A DNA stretch of 52,230 bases from an uncultured Limnohabitans sp. (lineage in GTDB: Bacteria; Bacteroidota; Bacteroidia; Cytophagales; Cyclobacteriaceae), in the NCBI GenBank assembly GCA_964441195.1, contig CAYTXN010000001.1, forward strand, positions 1 to 52,230, read 5' to 3'. The notes below the pieces were generated by a model, which was given only the letters and a program-made list of their open reading frames with translations, searched no databases and had not been told where the DNA came from. A program made the translations under genes and the position numbers. Every line of letters starts with the position of its first letter. The first letter of the stretch is position 1. Shown here piece by piece: positions 29,226-38,692 of the stretch.

Positions 29226-30920
29226 ATGTTTATGAATAGGGTAAATTTTTTCTTGTTTTTCTTTTTATGTATGCTGCCTGTGGTTTTAAGGGCTCAGACC
29301 TTGCCCGCAGGATTTCCAGTGTGGGAAGAAGCGGCCAGAAGAAGTCAGATTTTGGGAATTGGATATCAAAAATACTCATTCGCAGCAAGGCCATTGATCT
29401 GGGAGCAGGAAACCGCTGATTTATTAATTAAAGAAATTGGCGATAGTGTTGGTATACAGGTTCAACCTAAAGCTGTGAACCAATTGGTTAAAATTCTCCC
29501 TCTTTTAAGCACAACAGTTTATAATTCCAATCGCCCCTTTGGATGGGGGAATTATGGGATTCAAAATGGAGCAGGAATTCAAACTTCATTTTCTCCTGGT
29601 GCATTTTTAAAATTTCATTTTTTGGAAATTCAGCTTAGGCCTGAGTTTGTTTTTAGTCAAAATAAAGCTTTTCAGGGATTTACAGGTCAATTTTCAGACA
29701 ACTCAAATTTCGCTAGATTTAGGTATTGGAATTTTGGAGACCATCCTGAACGGTTTCAGGGAGAGTTCAATAAATTTGCCGCTTGGGGCCAATCCTATGT
29801 TTCATTGAACTTCGGTAAGGCCGAATTCGGATTCAGTACACAAAATATCTGGTGGGGACCTGGGCAGTTCTCAGCTCTTGTTTTTAGTGATAATGCACGG
29901 GGCATGAAGCACTTTTACATCAAAACAAAATCTCCAGCCAATATCGGAATTGGTCTATTGGAGGCACAAATGATATTTGGAAGGGCGGAGGATTCAGGCT
30001 TAGAACCTACTCAAAATACCAAATTGAATGATCAATATTTCAGACCATTCAATGGCGACTGGAGGTATGTAAGCGGAATTTCAGTTTCGTATCAGCCCTC
30101 ATTTTTGAAAAATATGACGGTAGGTTTAAATCGTACTTTCCAACAGTACAACGGGGATGTAGAGCGAACTTTCCAAGGTAGAGTTCCAGTTTTTGAGACC
30201 TTCCAAAAGGAAAAGTTGTTCACTTTGGGAAACTCCGTCATCTATGATCAGGTAGCTCAAGATCAGCAGGTTTCTGTGTTTTTTAGATTCAAAAGTGTCA
30301 AGGGCATGTTTGAGTTGTACTCCGAATTTGGGAGAAGGGATCACAATTTCAATTGGCGAGAGTTTATCCTGAATCCCGAACATGCCAGAGCTTACCTGAT
30401 GGGGTTCCAGAAATTGATTCCGTTGCCACAGCCTGGAAAATTCATTCAAATCCGTGGGGAAATCATTCACCAACAGGAATCTGTAAATCGTTTTATAAGA
30501 TATGAACGACTGGGAGTGATAAACACAAGTTGGCAAACCCACTACCAAGTTAGAGGCTTTACAAATTTTGGAGAATCCATGGGGACCGGAATAGGAGTAG
30601 GGTCAAATGCCCAAATATTGGAAGCCTCAGTCATAAAAGGGATATCAAAAGTTGGTATACTCCTTCAACGAATAGAAAATCATCAGGATTTTTATTATCT
30701 AATCCAATCCGAGATTCCCAGTCAATTTCCATGGGTTGATTTTTCGGCAGGGGTTTTATGGGATTTTAAATGGAAAAATCTACTGGTGAATTCAAAAAAT
30801 CAGTTGATAAAAGCAACCAATTACCAATGGACAAGAGATGCTAGCAGCACTGTAGATTTTAAAGGAGGGAACACCAGATTTACCTACTCCTCGACAATCA
30901 ATTTGATTTATAATTTTTAA
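29226..30920 (+). CDS. wzi: Capsule assembly Wzi-family outer-membrane beta-barrel
   Basis: Signal peptide; STQNIWWGPG..LVFSDNA motif; C-terminal YNF. Confidence 0.8.
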   Translation: MFMNRVNFFLFFFLCMLPVVLRAQTLPAGFPVWEEAARRSQILGIGYQKYSFAARPLIWEQETADLLIKEIGDSVGIQVQPKAVNQLVKILPLLSTTVYNSNRPFGWGNYGIQNGAGIQTSFSPGAFLKFHFLEIQLRPEFVFSQNKAFQGFTGQFSDNSNFARFRYWNFGDHPERFQGEFNKFAAWGQSYVSLNFGKAEFGFSTQNIWWGPGQFSALVFSDNARGMKHFYIKTKSPANIGIGLLEAQMIFGRAEDSGLEPTQNTKLNDQYFRPFNGDWRYVSGISVSYQPSFLKNMTVGLNRTFQQYNGDVERTFQGRVPVFETFQKEKLFTLGNSVIYDQVAQDQQVSVFFRFKSVKGMFELYSEFGRRDHNFNWREFILNPEHARAYLMGFQKLIPLPQPGKFIQIRGEIIHQQESVNRFIRYERLGVINTSWQTHYQVRGFTNFGESMGTGIGVGSNAQILEASVIKGISKVGILLQRIENHQDFYYLIQSEIPSQFPWVDFSAGVLWDFKWKNLLVNSKNQLIKATNYQWTRDASSTVDFKGGNTRFTYSSTINLIYNF

Positions 30921-30969
30921 TCGCGGTGGTTTTCGTTTAATCAAAGAATGATTTTTTCAATACAATCAA

Positions 30970-30992
30970 AATGAGTAATTTTGGTACTCATT
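30970..30992 (+). promoter_or_regulatory. Palindromic operator AATGAGTA-N7-TACTCATT containing the -7 box TAATTTTG (copy 2)
   Basis: Arms identical to 7726-7748; TAnnTTTG at 30976-30983; lies in the 246-nt gap in front of locus 2. Confidence 0.75.
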
Positions 30993-31010
30993 ATGAAGCC
31001 CTGTAAATGC

Positions 31011-31018
31011 TACTTTTG
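31011..31018 (+). promoter_or_regulatory. Second candidate -7 promoter box (TACTTTTG)
   Basis: Matches TAnnTTTG. No canonical -33 TTTG at the usual spacing. Confidence 0.35.
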
Positions 31019-31087
31019 ACCAAATAATTTTTTAGGATTATTTAATTCTAAATGGGCAAAGAAATCATTCCCCAGGTGAATTATTTG

Positions 31088-31120
31088 GCTAAGTCATTTT
31101 GTGACCGAAAGGGCGAAGCT
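31088..31120 (+). promoter_or_regulatory. ops/JUMPstart-like leader element (copy 2)
   Basis: GCTAAG-tcattt-TGTGACCGAAAGGGCGAAGCT, 46 nt before the ATG at 31167; near-identical to copy 1. Confidence 0.65.
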
Positions 31121-31166
31121 TTAAATTATATACCTTTATTTTAATTATTTACTCCTTATCAGATTC

Positions 31167-32471
31167 ATGTTGACACCCATTCAGGATTGTAAAATTGCTA
31201 TTATAGGATTAGGATATGTTGGCCTTCCATTGGCAGTGGAGTTTGCGAAGAAGTTCCCCGTGGTGGGGTTTGATATTGATAAAAAGAGAATTTCAGACCT
31301 ACATTTGGGAAAAGACCATACTTTAGAAATAGATGATGAACTTTTAAATTCTGTTTTGATTACCAATGTTCCCCAAAATGGACATATTGGGCTCTTTCCT
31401 ACTTTTGAATCAGATGCCCTTAGCGACTGTCAGATTTTTATAGTGACGGTTCCTACCCCAACGGATAAATACAATCGTCCCGTTTTGACACCGATGCTTA
31501 AAGCTTCAGAGAATATTGGTAAATACCTCAAAAAAGGGGATGTGGTAATCTATGAATCTACTGTATACCCTGGGGTGACCGAAGATGAATGTGTACCTGT
31601 TTTAGAAAAAATTTCAGGATTAAAGTTCAATGTTGAATTCTTTGCAGGCTATTCTCCCGAACGAATCAATCCTGGAGACAAAGAACATACCGTTTCAAAA
31701 ATCTTGAAAGTAACCTCAGGTAGTACTGCAGAAGTAGCTGAGTATGTAGATCAGCTCTATAAGCAGGTGATCACTGCAGGTACTCACAAAGCATCTTCAA
31801 TTAAAGTAGCTGAGGCCGCTAAAGTAATTGAGAATTCCCAGCGGGATATTAACATTGCCTTCGTAAATGAACTATCCAAAATATTCAACTTGCTTGGCAT
31901 TGACACGCATGAAGTGTTAGAGGCGGCCGGAACAAAATGGAACTTCCTGAAATTCAGACCGGGCCTGGTTGGTGGGCATTGTATAGGTGTGGATCCCTTT
32001 TATCTGGCACAGAAAGCACAGGAGGTAGGTTATCATCCAGAGATCATCCTAGCTGGACGTAGACTGAACGATAGTATGGGAAAACATGTGGCAACTGAGG
32101 TGATTAAGCTGATGATGAGAAAAGACCTTAAGGTCATCGATTCAAAAGTTTTGATTCTTGGGTTTACTTTCAAGGAGGATTGTCCGGACGTGAGAAATAC
32201 GAGAGTAATCGACATTTTTACAGAATTGAAGTCTTTTGATATGGAAGTGGATGTATATGATCCATGGGCAAATCCGGCTGAGGTCAAGCAGGAATATGGT
32301 ATAGAGATTATTTCCGGAGACCAGGCTCCATCCCTCACTAATTATTCTGCAATTATTCTAGCTGTCTCCCACAAACAATTCTCCAATTTAAACATTCAAA
32401 AATCACCTTCACAAGTTGTGTTTGATGTAAAAGGCTTTTTAGAAAAAAGTAGGGTTGATGCGAGGTTATAA
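31167..32471 (+). CDS. UDP-N-acetylhexosamine 6-dehydrogenase (TviB/WbpA/WbpO-like)
   Basis: GLGYVGLPLA, YESTVYPG, YSPERINPGD, ENSQRDINIA, PGLVGGHCIGVDP, TFKEDCPDVRN. Confidence 0.92.
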   Translation: MLTPIQDCKIAIIGLGYVGLPLAVEFAKKFPVVGFDIDKKRISDLHLGKDHTLEIDDELLNSVLITNVPQNGHIGLFPTFESDALSDCQIFIVTVPTPTDKYNRPVLTPMLKASENIGKYLKKGDVVIYESTVYPGVTEDECVPVLEKISGLKFNVEFFAGYSPERINPGDKEHTVSKILKVTSGSTAEVAEYVDQLYKQVITAGTHKASSIKVAEAAKVIENSQRDINIAFVNELSKIFNLLGIDTHEVLEAAGTKWNFLKFRPGLVGGHCIGVDPFYLAQKAQEVGYHPEIILAGRRLNDSMGKHVATEVIKLMMRKDLKVIDSKVLILGFTFKEDCPDVRNTRVIDIFTELKSFDMEVDVYDPWANPAEVKQEYGIEIISGDQAPSLTNYSAIILAVSHKQFSNLNIQKSPSQVVFDVKGFLEKSRVDARL

Positions 32472-32549
32472 GGTGGTTTCAATCAGGTAGCCAAGTTTTT
32501 GTTTAAATAAAAAATGACTTACTTCACAAAAAATTTCAGGGTTTTGAAA

Positions 32550-33356
32550 ATGAAAAAATATTCATTGTTTCTTTTTGCCATAGCACTTTTGGCCTTTTCT
32601 TCTTGCGTTTCCAATAAAAAATTGATTTACATGCAAGATTTAGAGTCTCAAGGCCCCAAAGTGTCGGCTAGTGAAAAATTCCCATATCAAGAGGAATTAT
32701 ATCGACTTCAAAACTATGACATAGTCGAAATTACCATTAAAACAGCAAGTGAAGAACTGAATCAGATTTTTAGCATTGTGTCTGGTGAGCAGACAAATAT
32801 GGCAATGAATATGGGACAAAACGGTGGTGACCTGTTTTACATGAATGGATACACCCTAGATCAAGAAGGAAAGGTCGATATTCCATTAATTGGGGAAGTC
32901 AAACTTGTCGGTTTAACTGCAGAAGAATCTAAAAATTTAATAGAGCAAAAAGTAGATCAGTTCGTTCCAGATGATTTTTTTGTGAGAGTAAGATTGGGAG
33001 GGATTAGATTTAGTTCCCTAGGGGAATTTAATAGTCCTGGAAAAGTGACAATTCTTCAGAATAGAGTGACAATTTTTGAGGCAATCGCGGCTTCAGGTGA
33101 TATGACAACAATTGCAAAAAGAGACGAAGTAATCATGTTACGTCAATATCCAGACGGCTCTCAAATCCACAAGATCAACTTGAATGATATAAACCTTTTA
33201 TCCTCGGAATATTATTTTATTCGTCCTAACGACGTCCTGTATGCAGTACCTTTAAAAGTTAGAGAACTTGGAGCAGGAACTAATTTTATTCAGACACTGG
33301 CTTTGATCACTTCCACTGTGTCTACTTTTGCGCTCATCGTAACTCTTATTAGATAA
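32550..33356 (+). CDS. wza: Polysaccharide export outer-membrane lipoprotein
   Basis: The ATG at 32550 gives lipobox FSSC; Poly_export motif G.VDIPLIGEV; SLBB domain; C-terminal helix. Confidence 0.88.
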   Translation: MKKYSLFLFAIALLAFSSCVSNKKLIYMQDLESQGPKVSASEKFPYQEELYRLQNYDIVEITIKTASEELNQIFSIVSGEQTNMAMNMGQNGGDLFYMNGYTLDQEGKVDIPLIGEVKLVGLTAEESKNLIEQKVDQFVPDDFFVRVRLGGIRFSSLGEFNSPGKVTILQNRVTIFEAIAASGDMTTIAKRDEVIMLRQYPDGSQIHKINLNDINLLSSEYYFIRPNDVLYAVPLKVRELGAGTNFIQTLALITSTVSTFALIVTLIR

Positions 33357-33366
33357 AACCGACCAT

Positions 33367-35730
33367 ATGAATTTTGAAAGTAATGAGAATGATTTTTCTG
33401 TTGAAGATTCATCCTTTGAATTAAAAAATATTTACAGAAAAATCGTTCAAAAATGGTTATACATAGTTATATCGATAATTATTTGCCTGGTATTAGGATG
33501 GTTTTATACAAAAATTTCAAGCCCACTTTATCGTGTAAATAGCCTATTTTTTATTAAAGAAAAGGAAAACCCGCTCGCGCTTTTTGGCCCCACTTCATTA
33601 ATTGACAATGCTGGGATGGGACTACAAAATGAAGTGATTATTTTGAAATCTAGACCTATCGCTCTCCGAGTTCTAGAAACCTTGGATTTTCAGGTTGAAT
33701 ATTTCAAGGAAGGTTCCTTTACTAATACTGAAATTTATCTCAACAATCCTGTAGTAGTAGAAGTAGATTGGAAGTTTCCACAGACCATTGATGGACTGAT
33801 TAAGGTGGTTTGGGAAAATGAAAAAGAGTATACCCTAGAGTATATTGATGAGAATTATAATAAGCTACTTCCAAATGGAAGCAAAGTTAGTTTCGGGTTT
33901 CAGCCTGAACCTCTCAAAGGGGTATTTAATGAGTGGATTGAGAATAATGAACTGAAAGTAAATATCCATAAAGTCTCTCCAGATCCTGAAGGTTCTATCC
34001 TTATTAAATTAAGAGATATGAACTCCTTAGCTAATTCCTATTCAGCTTCCCTTGATGTAGAACCTGTTGAGCGTGGGGCTTCAATCATGCAACTTGCTTT
34101 GGTTTGTTCCAATTTGGATAAAGGCCAAATCTATCTTAATACCTTGATGGAATCCGTATTGGATATGGAATTAGAGCAGAAAAACATTTCTGCCAGTAAG
34201 ACCGTGGATTTTATTGATTCACAGGTCGCGGGAGTGGCTGATTCGCTTAGGTTTTTTGAAAACCAGCTACAAAATTTTAGATCAGATAATAAAATATATA
34301 ATCTAAGCTCTGAAAGTAGCTCAGTTTATGAAAGATTAATAGAATTTGAAAATCAGCTAACCCAAGAGCGATTCAAAAGAAATTACTATCAAAACCTGAA
34401 GAAATACCTTACCAGCGAAAATTATTCTGAAGTGATTGTCCCCTCGGGAATAGGTATCGAAGATCCATTCCTCAATGGATTAATTAAGAACTTATTGGAA
34501 TTGCAAACTGAGAAGTCTCGAATGTTGGCAACTCAAACAGAGGCTTCCCCAGCAGTAAAAGAAGCAAATAGGAAAATCATCGATCTCAATAAGTCAATTA
34601 TAGAGAACCTGGAAAACGTTGATATCAACTCCCAATCATTAATGGCTGATATCCAAACCAGAATTTCTGAAATAGAAAGTTCTTTCAAGAGCCTTCCTGA
34701 GACTGAGCAGAATCTGATTCGAATTCAGCGGGAATTTTCCCTAAGTGAAAACATCTATAATTACCTCATGGAGCGGAGGGCTGAAGCGGCGATTTCTAAA
34801 GCCTCAAATGAAGCAAACAATAAAATTGTTGAGCCAGCCAGAGGTGGAATGCAAATTAGTCCTACTCCTGTTAAGAATTACCTGTTTGCGCTACTCGCTG
34901 GATTATTCTTTCCAGTTTCAATAATTGTCATCCGAGAACTATTTAGGACTAAAATAGAGGACACTCAGTTTTTTGAAAGTAAGCTCAAAATCCCAATGTT
35001 GGGAACAATACTGAAAAATAAGTCTGATTCTGACTTAGTCGTTTTTGATAGTAGAAAATCTGGTATTTCTGAATCTTTTAGGTCGCTGAGAGCAAACATG
35101 AAATTCGTTCTTCCAAAGGATCGGCAGTTGACATTCTTGGTTACTTCCACCATTTCAGGAGAAGGGAAAACATTCTGTGCGATGAATTTAGCGGCCGCAT
35201 ATAGCCTTACAGGTAAGAAAACTATACTAGTTGGTTGTGACATGAGAAAACCGAAAATTTTCTCCAGTTTCGGTCTTACGAATGATCTTGGCTTGTCTTC
35301 CTACCTAAGCGGTCAAATTGAGTCTTGGGAAGAAATAATCTCGAAAACCGAATACTCAAATTTGGACATAATTGTTTCTGGTCCTATTCCTCCAAATCCT
35401 GCCGAACTTATGTTTGCGGATGGATTTGAAGTTATGATCTCCAACTTGAAAAAAATATATGATGTTGTCATTCTCGATACTCCACCTGTAGGACTTGTGA
35501 GTGAGACCTTGGATTTAATGGGAATGGTTGATTGTAGTTTATTTATTTTTAGGCAAAATTATTCACAACGATCATTTGTGGATGCGGTAAATGGATTAAA
35601 AACTAATAGAGGACTTAAAAATATTTTTGCTGTATTCAATGGGGTCGAGTCTGCAAAAGTCACCTATGGATATGGCTACTCTTATGGATATGGATATGGC
35701 TATTATGATGATGATAAGAAGAAGAAATAA
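33367..35730 (+). CDS. wzc: Polysaccharide co-polymerase tyrosine autokinase
   Basis: Two TMs; ESFRSLR; Walker A SGEGKT; DMRKP; PPNPAEL; DTPP; C-terminal YGYGYSYGYGYGYY cluster. Confidence 0.95.
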   Translation: MNFESNENDFSVEDSSFELKNIYRKIVQKWLYIVISIIICLVLGWFYTKISSPLYRVNSLFFIKEKENPLALFGPTSLIDNAGMGLQNEVIILKSRPIALRVLETLDFQVEYFKEGSFTNTEIYLNNPVVVEVDWKFPQTIDGLIKVVWENEKEYTLEYIDENYNKLLPNGSKVSFGFQPEPLKGVFNEWIENNELKVNIHKVSPDPEGSILIKLRDMNSLANSYSASLDVEPVERGASIMQLALVCSNLDKGQIYLNTLMESVLDMELEQKNISASKTVDFIDSQVAGVADSLRFFENQLQNFRSDNKIYNLSSESSSVYERLIEFENQLTQERFKRNYYQNLKKYLTSENYSEVIVPSGIGIEDPFLNGLIKNLLELQTEKSRMLATQTEASPAVKEANRKIIDLNKSIIENLENVDINSQSLMADIQTRISEIESSFKSLPETEQNLIRIQREFSLSENIYNYLMERRAEAAISKASNEANNKIVEPARGGMQISPTPVKNYLFALLAGLFFPVSIIVIRELFRTKIEDTQFFESKLKIPMLGTILKNKSDSDLVVFDSRKSGISESFRSLRANMKFVLPKDRQLTFLVTSTISGEGKTFCAMNLAAAYSLTGKKTILVGCDMRKPKIFSSFGLTNDLGLSSYLSGQIESWEEIISKTEYSNLDIIVSGPIPPNPAELMFADGFEVMISNLKKIYDVVILDTPPVGLVSETLDLMGMVDCSLFIFRQNYSQRSFVDAVNGLKTNRGLKNIFAVFNGVESAKVTYGYGYSYGYGYGYYDDDKKKK

Positions 35731-35750
35731 TAAAAATATCTAAAAGAAGG

Positions 35751-35774
35751 AGGGTATGATCAATACCCTTTTTT
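35751..35774 (+). terminator. Intra-operon intrinsic terminator-like hairpin between wzc and the ABC exporter
   Basis: AGGGTAT-GATCA-ATACCCT followed by TTTTT, ending 6 nt before the next ATG. Confidence 0.65.
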
Positions 35775-35780
35775 ATTACC

Positions 35781-37580
35781 ATGAATTTGAAAAAAATAGT
35801 AAATAAGAATTTTAAGTACTTCTTCTATTTCTTCGGTTACCTAAGGTACAAGATATTACTTTTGATTCTTCTAAGCATCCTAGTGGGCGTTTTAGATGGA
35901 CTTGGTCTTGCATTGTTTATTCCTCTTTTTGAGGTTGCTGTTGATCCTGATTTTAGCTCAAACTCCGATACTTTAGGGGAGTTTTCATTCCTGTTAGATT
36001 TCCTCAGTAATTGGGGAATAGGTATTACTATAGGTAACATATTGATTTTCATGACCTTTTTATTTTTAGTGAAAGGATTTTTTAAATTTTTGGATTCCTA
36101 TTATAAAGTATCATTACAAATATCCTTTGTCAAAAAATTGAGATTTCAAATGCTCGATGGCTTGGGGCAGGTAAGCTATCAGCATTTTGTAGGATTAGAT
36201 GCAGGACGAATTCAAAACACACTTTCCGGCGAAGTATATAAAGTCACCGGTGCATTTATCAGTTATTTCAATACTCTTCAGCATGCAGTGCTATTGTTGG
36301 TTTACACTGGCCTTGCTTTTGTTTCTGATTGGAAATTTGCACTGCTGGTAAGTTTTGGAGGGTTTCTTTCCAATTTGATTTTCAAAGTTTTATTTAAGAA
36401 AACCGAATCAGCATCGATCAAAATTTCCGCCAAAGGTCACCTGTTTCAGTCCTTCTTAATCCAAGCTGTACAACATTTCAAGTATTTAAAGGCAACTGCC
36501 TACTTTTCTAAATACAAAAATAAACTGGTCAACCAAATTCATGAAATTGAGAATCTTCAGAAAAGGATCGGGTTTTACAATTCACTTTTGAATGGCCTTC
36601 GAGAACCGATAATTTTGCTCATAGTCGTAATTGTGATTATCATTCAGATTAGTTTTTTAGGAGGCACCTTGTCCAGCATTCTTTTGAGTTTATTGTTCTT
36701 TTATAGAGCACTCAATTATGTAATAAGCATCCAAAGCAGTTGGCAAATGTTCATCTCTCAATTTGGAGGAATAGTAGCCACCACTGAAATGATCCAAATG
36801 TTTGATGGTGGGAAAGAGGAGGAAAAAGAAACTAAAAATTTTACCGGATTGGGAGAAATTAGCCTTCAAAAAGTCGGATTTAGATTTAAAGACGGAGTCG
36901 AAATCCTTAAAAATATTTCTATCGACATAAAACCGAAAGAGGCAATTGCCTTTGTAGGGCCTAGTGGAAGTGGAAAGACTACCTTAGTCAATTTAATTGT
37001 AGGACTTATCGAGCCCACATCAGGATTATTATCTGTCAATCAAATGGACAGATCCAAAATGAATATCAAAGACCTCAGAAACAAGGTGGGCTATATCACT
37101 CAAGAACCCGTGATTTTCAATGATACAATTTTCAATAATGTTACTTTTTGGTCCGAAAAAAACCCTGAAAACATTGATAAGTTTCAAAAGGCTATGCAAT
37201 TAGCTAATCTTGAGGAATTTATTAATAGTCTGGAACTTCGAGAAGATACCCCACTTGGAGACAACGGTGTCCGTGCAAGTGGTGGACAAAAACAGCGTAT
37301 TTCAATTGCCAGAGAATTGTACAAAGAAGTCGAAATCATTGTTTTTGATGAAGCTACATCTGCCTTGGATAGCGATTCTGAAAAAGTAATCCAGGAGAAT
37401 ATCAATTCGCTCCAAGGAAGGTACACCTTGCTTTTAATTGCCCATCGACTTAGTACTATTCGAAATGTTAATTGCATCTACTTAATAAAAGATGGTGAAA
37501 TTAGCTCTTCTGGGAATTTTGAATCCTTGATGCAGGAAGACCCTTATTTCAGTAGGATGGTAAAGCTTCAAGAATTTTGA
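35781..37580 (+). CDS. ABC exporter, fused permease/ATPase (PglK/HepA-like lipid-linked glycan flippase)
   Basis: N-terminal TMD with a long first external loop; GPSGSGKT; SGGQKQR; FDEATSALD; IAHRLST. Confidence 0.85.
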   Translation: MNLKKIVNKNFKYFFYFFGYLRYKILLLILLSILVGVLDGLGLALFIPLFEVAVDPDFSSNSDTLGEFSFLLDFLSNWGIGITIGNILIFMTFLFLVKGFFKFLDSYYKVSLQISFVKKLRFQMLDGLGQVSYQHFVGLDAGRIQNTLSGEVYKVTGAFISYFNTLQHAVLLLVYTGLAFVSDWKFALLVSFGGFLSNLIFKVLFKKTESASIKISAKGHLFQSFLIQAVQHFKYLKATAYFSKYKNKLVNQIHEIENLQKRIGFYNSLLNGLREPIILLIVVIVIIIQISFLGGTLSSILLSLLFFYRALNYVISIQSSWQMFISQFGGIVATTEMIQMFDGGKEEEKETKNFTGLGEISLQKVGFRFKDGVEILKNISIDIKPKEAIAFVGPSGSGKTTLVNLIVGLIEPTSGLLSVNQMDRSKMNIKDLRNKVGYITQEPVIFNDTIFNNVTFWSEKNPENIDKFQKAMQLANLEEFINSLELREDTPLGDNGVRASGGQKQRISIARELYKEVEIIVFDEATSALDSDSEKVIQENINSLQGRYTLLLIAHRLSTIRNVNCIYLIKDGEISSSGNFESLMQEDPYFSRMVKLQEF

Positions 37581-38692
37581 TTTTGAAGAAACGGGTTCTT
37601 TTGGTTGGTCCCATCAATGACCAAGGCTTAGGAGGAAGGTTTGAAGAAATGAGAGTTTGGACTAGATTATTGGAACAAGAAAATTACGATGTTAACGTGT
37701 TTTCCATGTTCAATAGCAGGTTCTCATTGGAAAATGCCCAAATGCATGAATCAGTACATTTATTTTTTCCAACTATTTGGAAACTTTTCCCAAATCTTAG
37801 GCAATTTATCCTTCGGGCTTGGGGGTCTAAATTTTTTCGAACAGAACGAAATCATTTTTATAATTCAGAAAGGTGGAGAAATTTTGCCTATTCGTTTCAT
37901 CACATTGTTTTGTTTATAACTCATCAGTCCAGAGAACTTCGGATTTTTGAATCAGATTTGGCCGTTCCTGTCTCCATCCGGTTCACAGGTACAATTCATG
38001 ATTTTTGTCCTTTAAAAAATCACGGCAAACAGCAATATGCGGCATTTAGAAATTACGTTATCCATGCACCTGAATTGTTTCCAGACTTTGAAAATGGCAT
38101 TTCAAAAACTTACATTGATCAAACTACACTTTTGGAACAGAGCCTTTTAGAGCTTAAAATGGACAGTAATCTTCGAGTATTTGCCATGATCGGTCTTTTT
38201 ATGGAGGTTAAGAAGATGGAAGAAATCATTACCCTATTTGCCAGACTGCCAGATCATACCCTGATTCTTTTTGGTACTGGATTGCTTCAGGCAACCTACC
38301 AAAATCGAATAGATGAACTTGGTTTATCAAATGTGAAAATTGGGGGATTTGTAGCACCTGATAAAATCTCAGATGTTTATTCGCAAATTGATGCCCTTAT
38401 CATCAACAGTTCGGAAGAAACTGGCCCAATGACTGGGATTGAAGCAATGGCTTCTGGGAAAATTATTTTTACAAGACCGGTTGGAGCAATGAGAACACGA
38501 CTGAATAATTCCGATCTCATTTATTATAACTCGGAAGAACTATTCAAGAAGATCACCAACTATTCTACTTTTCCCCCTGAGAAAATTCTGGAAACCAAAT
38601 CCGGTATACGGAGGAGGTATCTTGAAAATTACTCCAATGCAAAATTGAAAAAGCAAATAGCAACTATGTTGGATCAATCAAATAGGAAATGA
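37577..38692 (+). CDS. Glycosyltransferase family 4
   Basis: ETGPMTGIEAMASGK (EX7E motif); TTG start overlapping the previous stop. Confidence 0.8.
   Translation: MILKKRVLLVGPINDQGLGGRFEEMRVWTRLLEQENYDVNVFSMFNSRFSLENAQMHESVHLFFPTIWKLFPNLRQFILRAWGSKFFRTERNHFYNSERWRNFAYSFHHIVLFITHQSRELRIFESDLAVPVSIRFTGTIHDFCPLKNHGKQQYAAFRNYVIHAPELFPDFENGISKTYIDQTTLLEQSLLELKMDSNLRVFAMIGLFMEVKKMEEIITLFARLPDHTLILFGTGLLQATYQNRIDELGLSNVKIGGFVAPDKISDVYSQIDALIINSSEETGPMTGIEAMASGKIIFTRPVGAMRTRLNNSDLIYYNSEELFKKITNYSTFPPEKILETKSGIRRRYLENYSNAKLKKQIATMLDQSNRK

Noticed and set aside
7726..30992. The two palindromes as tyrosine-recombinase sites or invertible-promoter repeats flanking locus 1
   Set aside because: The 7-bp spacers differ (cctttgt vs attttgg), which would hinder strand exchange. 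No recombinase is in the window, and each palindrome is too compact to be an invertible segment. An operator role fits better.
31054..31120. c-di-GMP-I riboswitch (GGGCAAA...GAAA...GCGAAGC resemblance)
   Set aside because: The P2/P3 spacing and the GACGCAAAGC junction are absent, and copy 1 of the motif lacks the upstream part.
35665..35706. Tandem TATGGA-like repeat
   Set aside because: It encodes the normal Wzc C-terminal tyrosine cluster.
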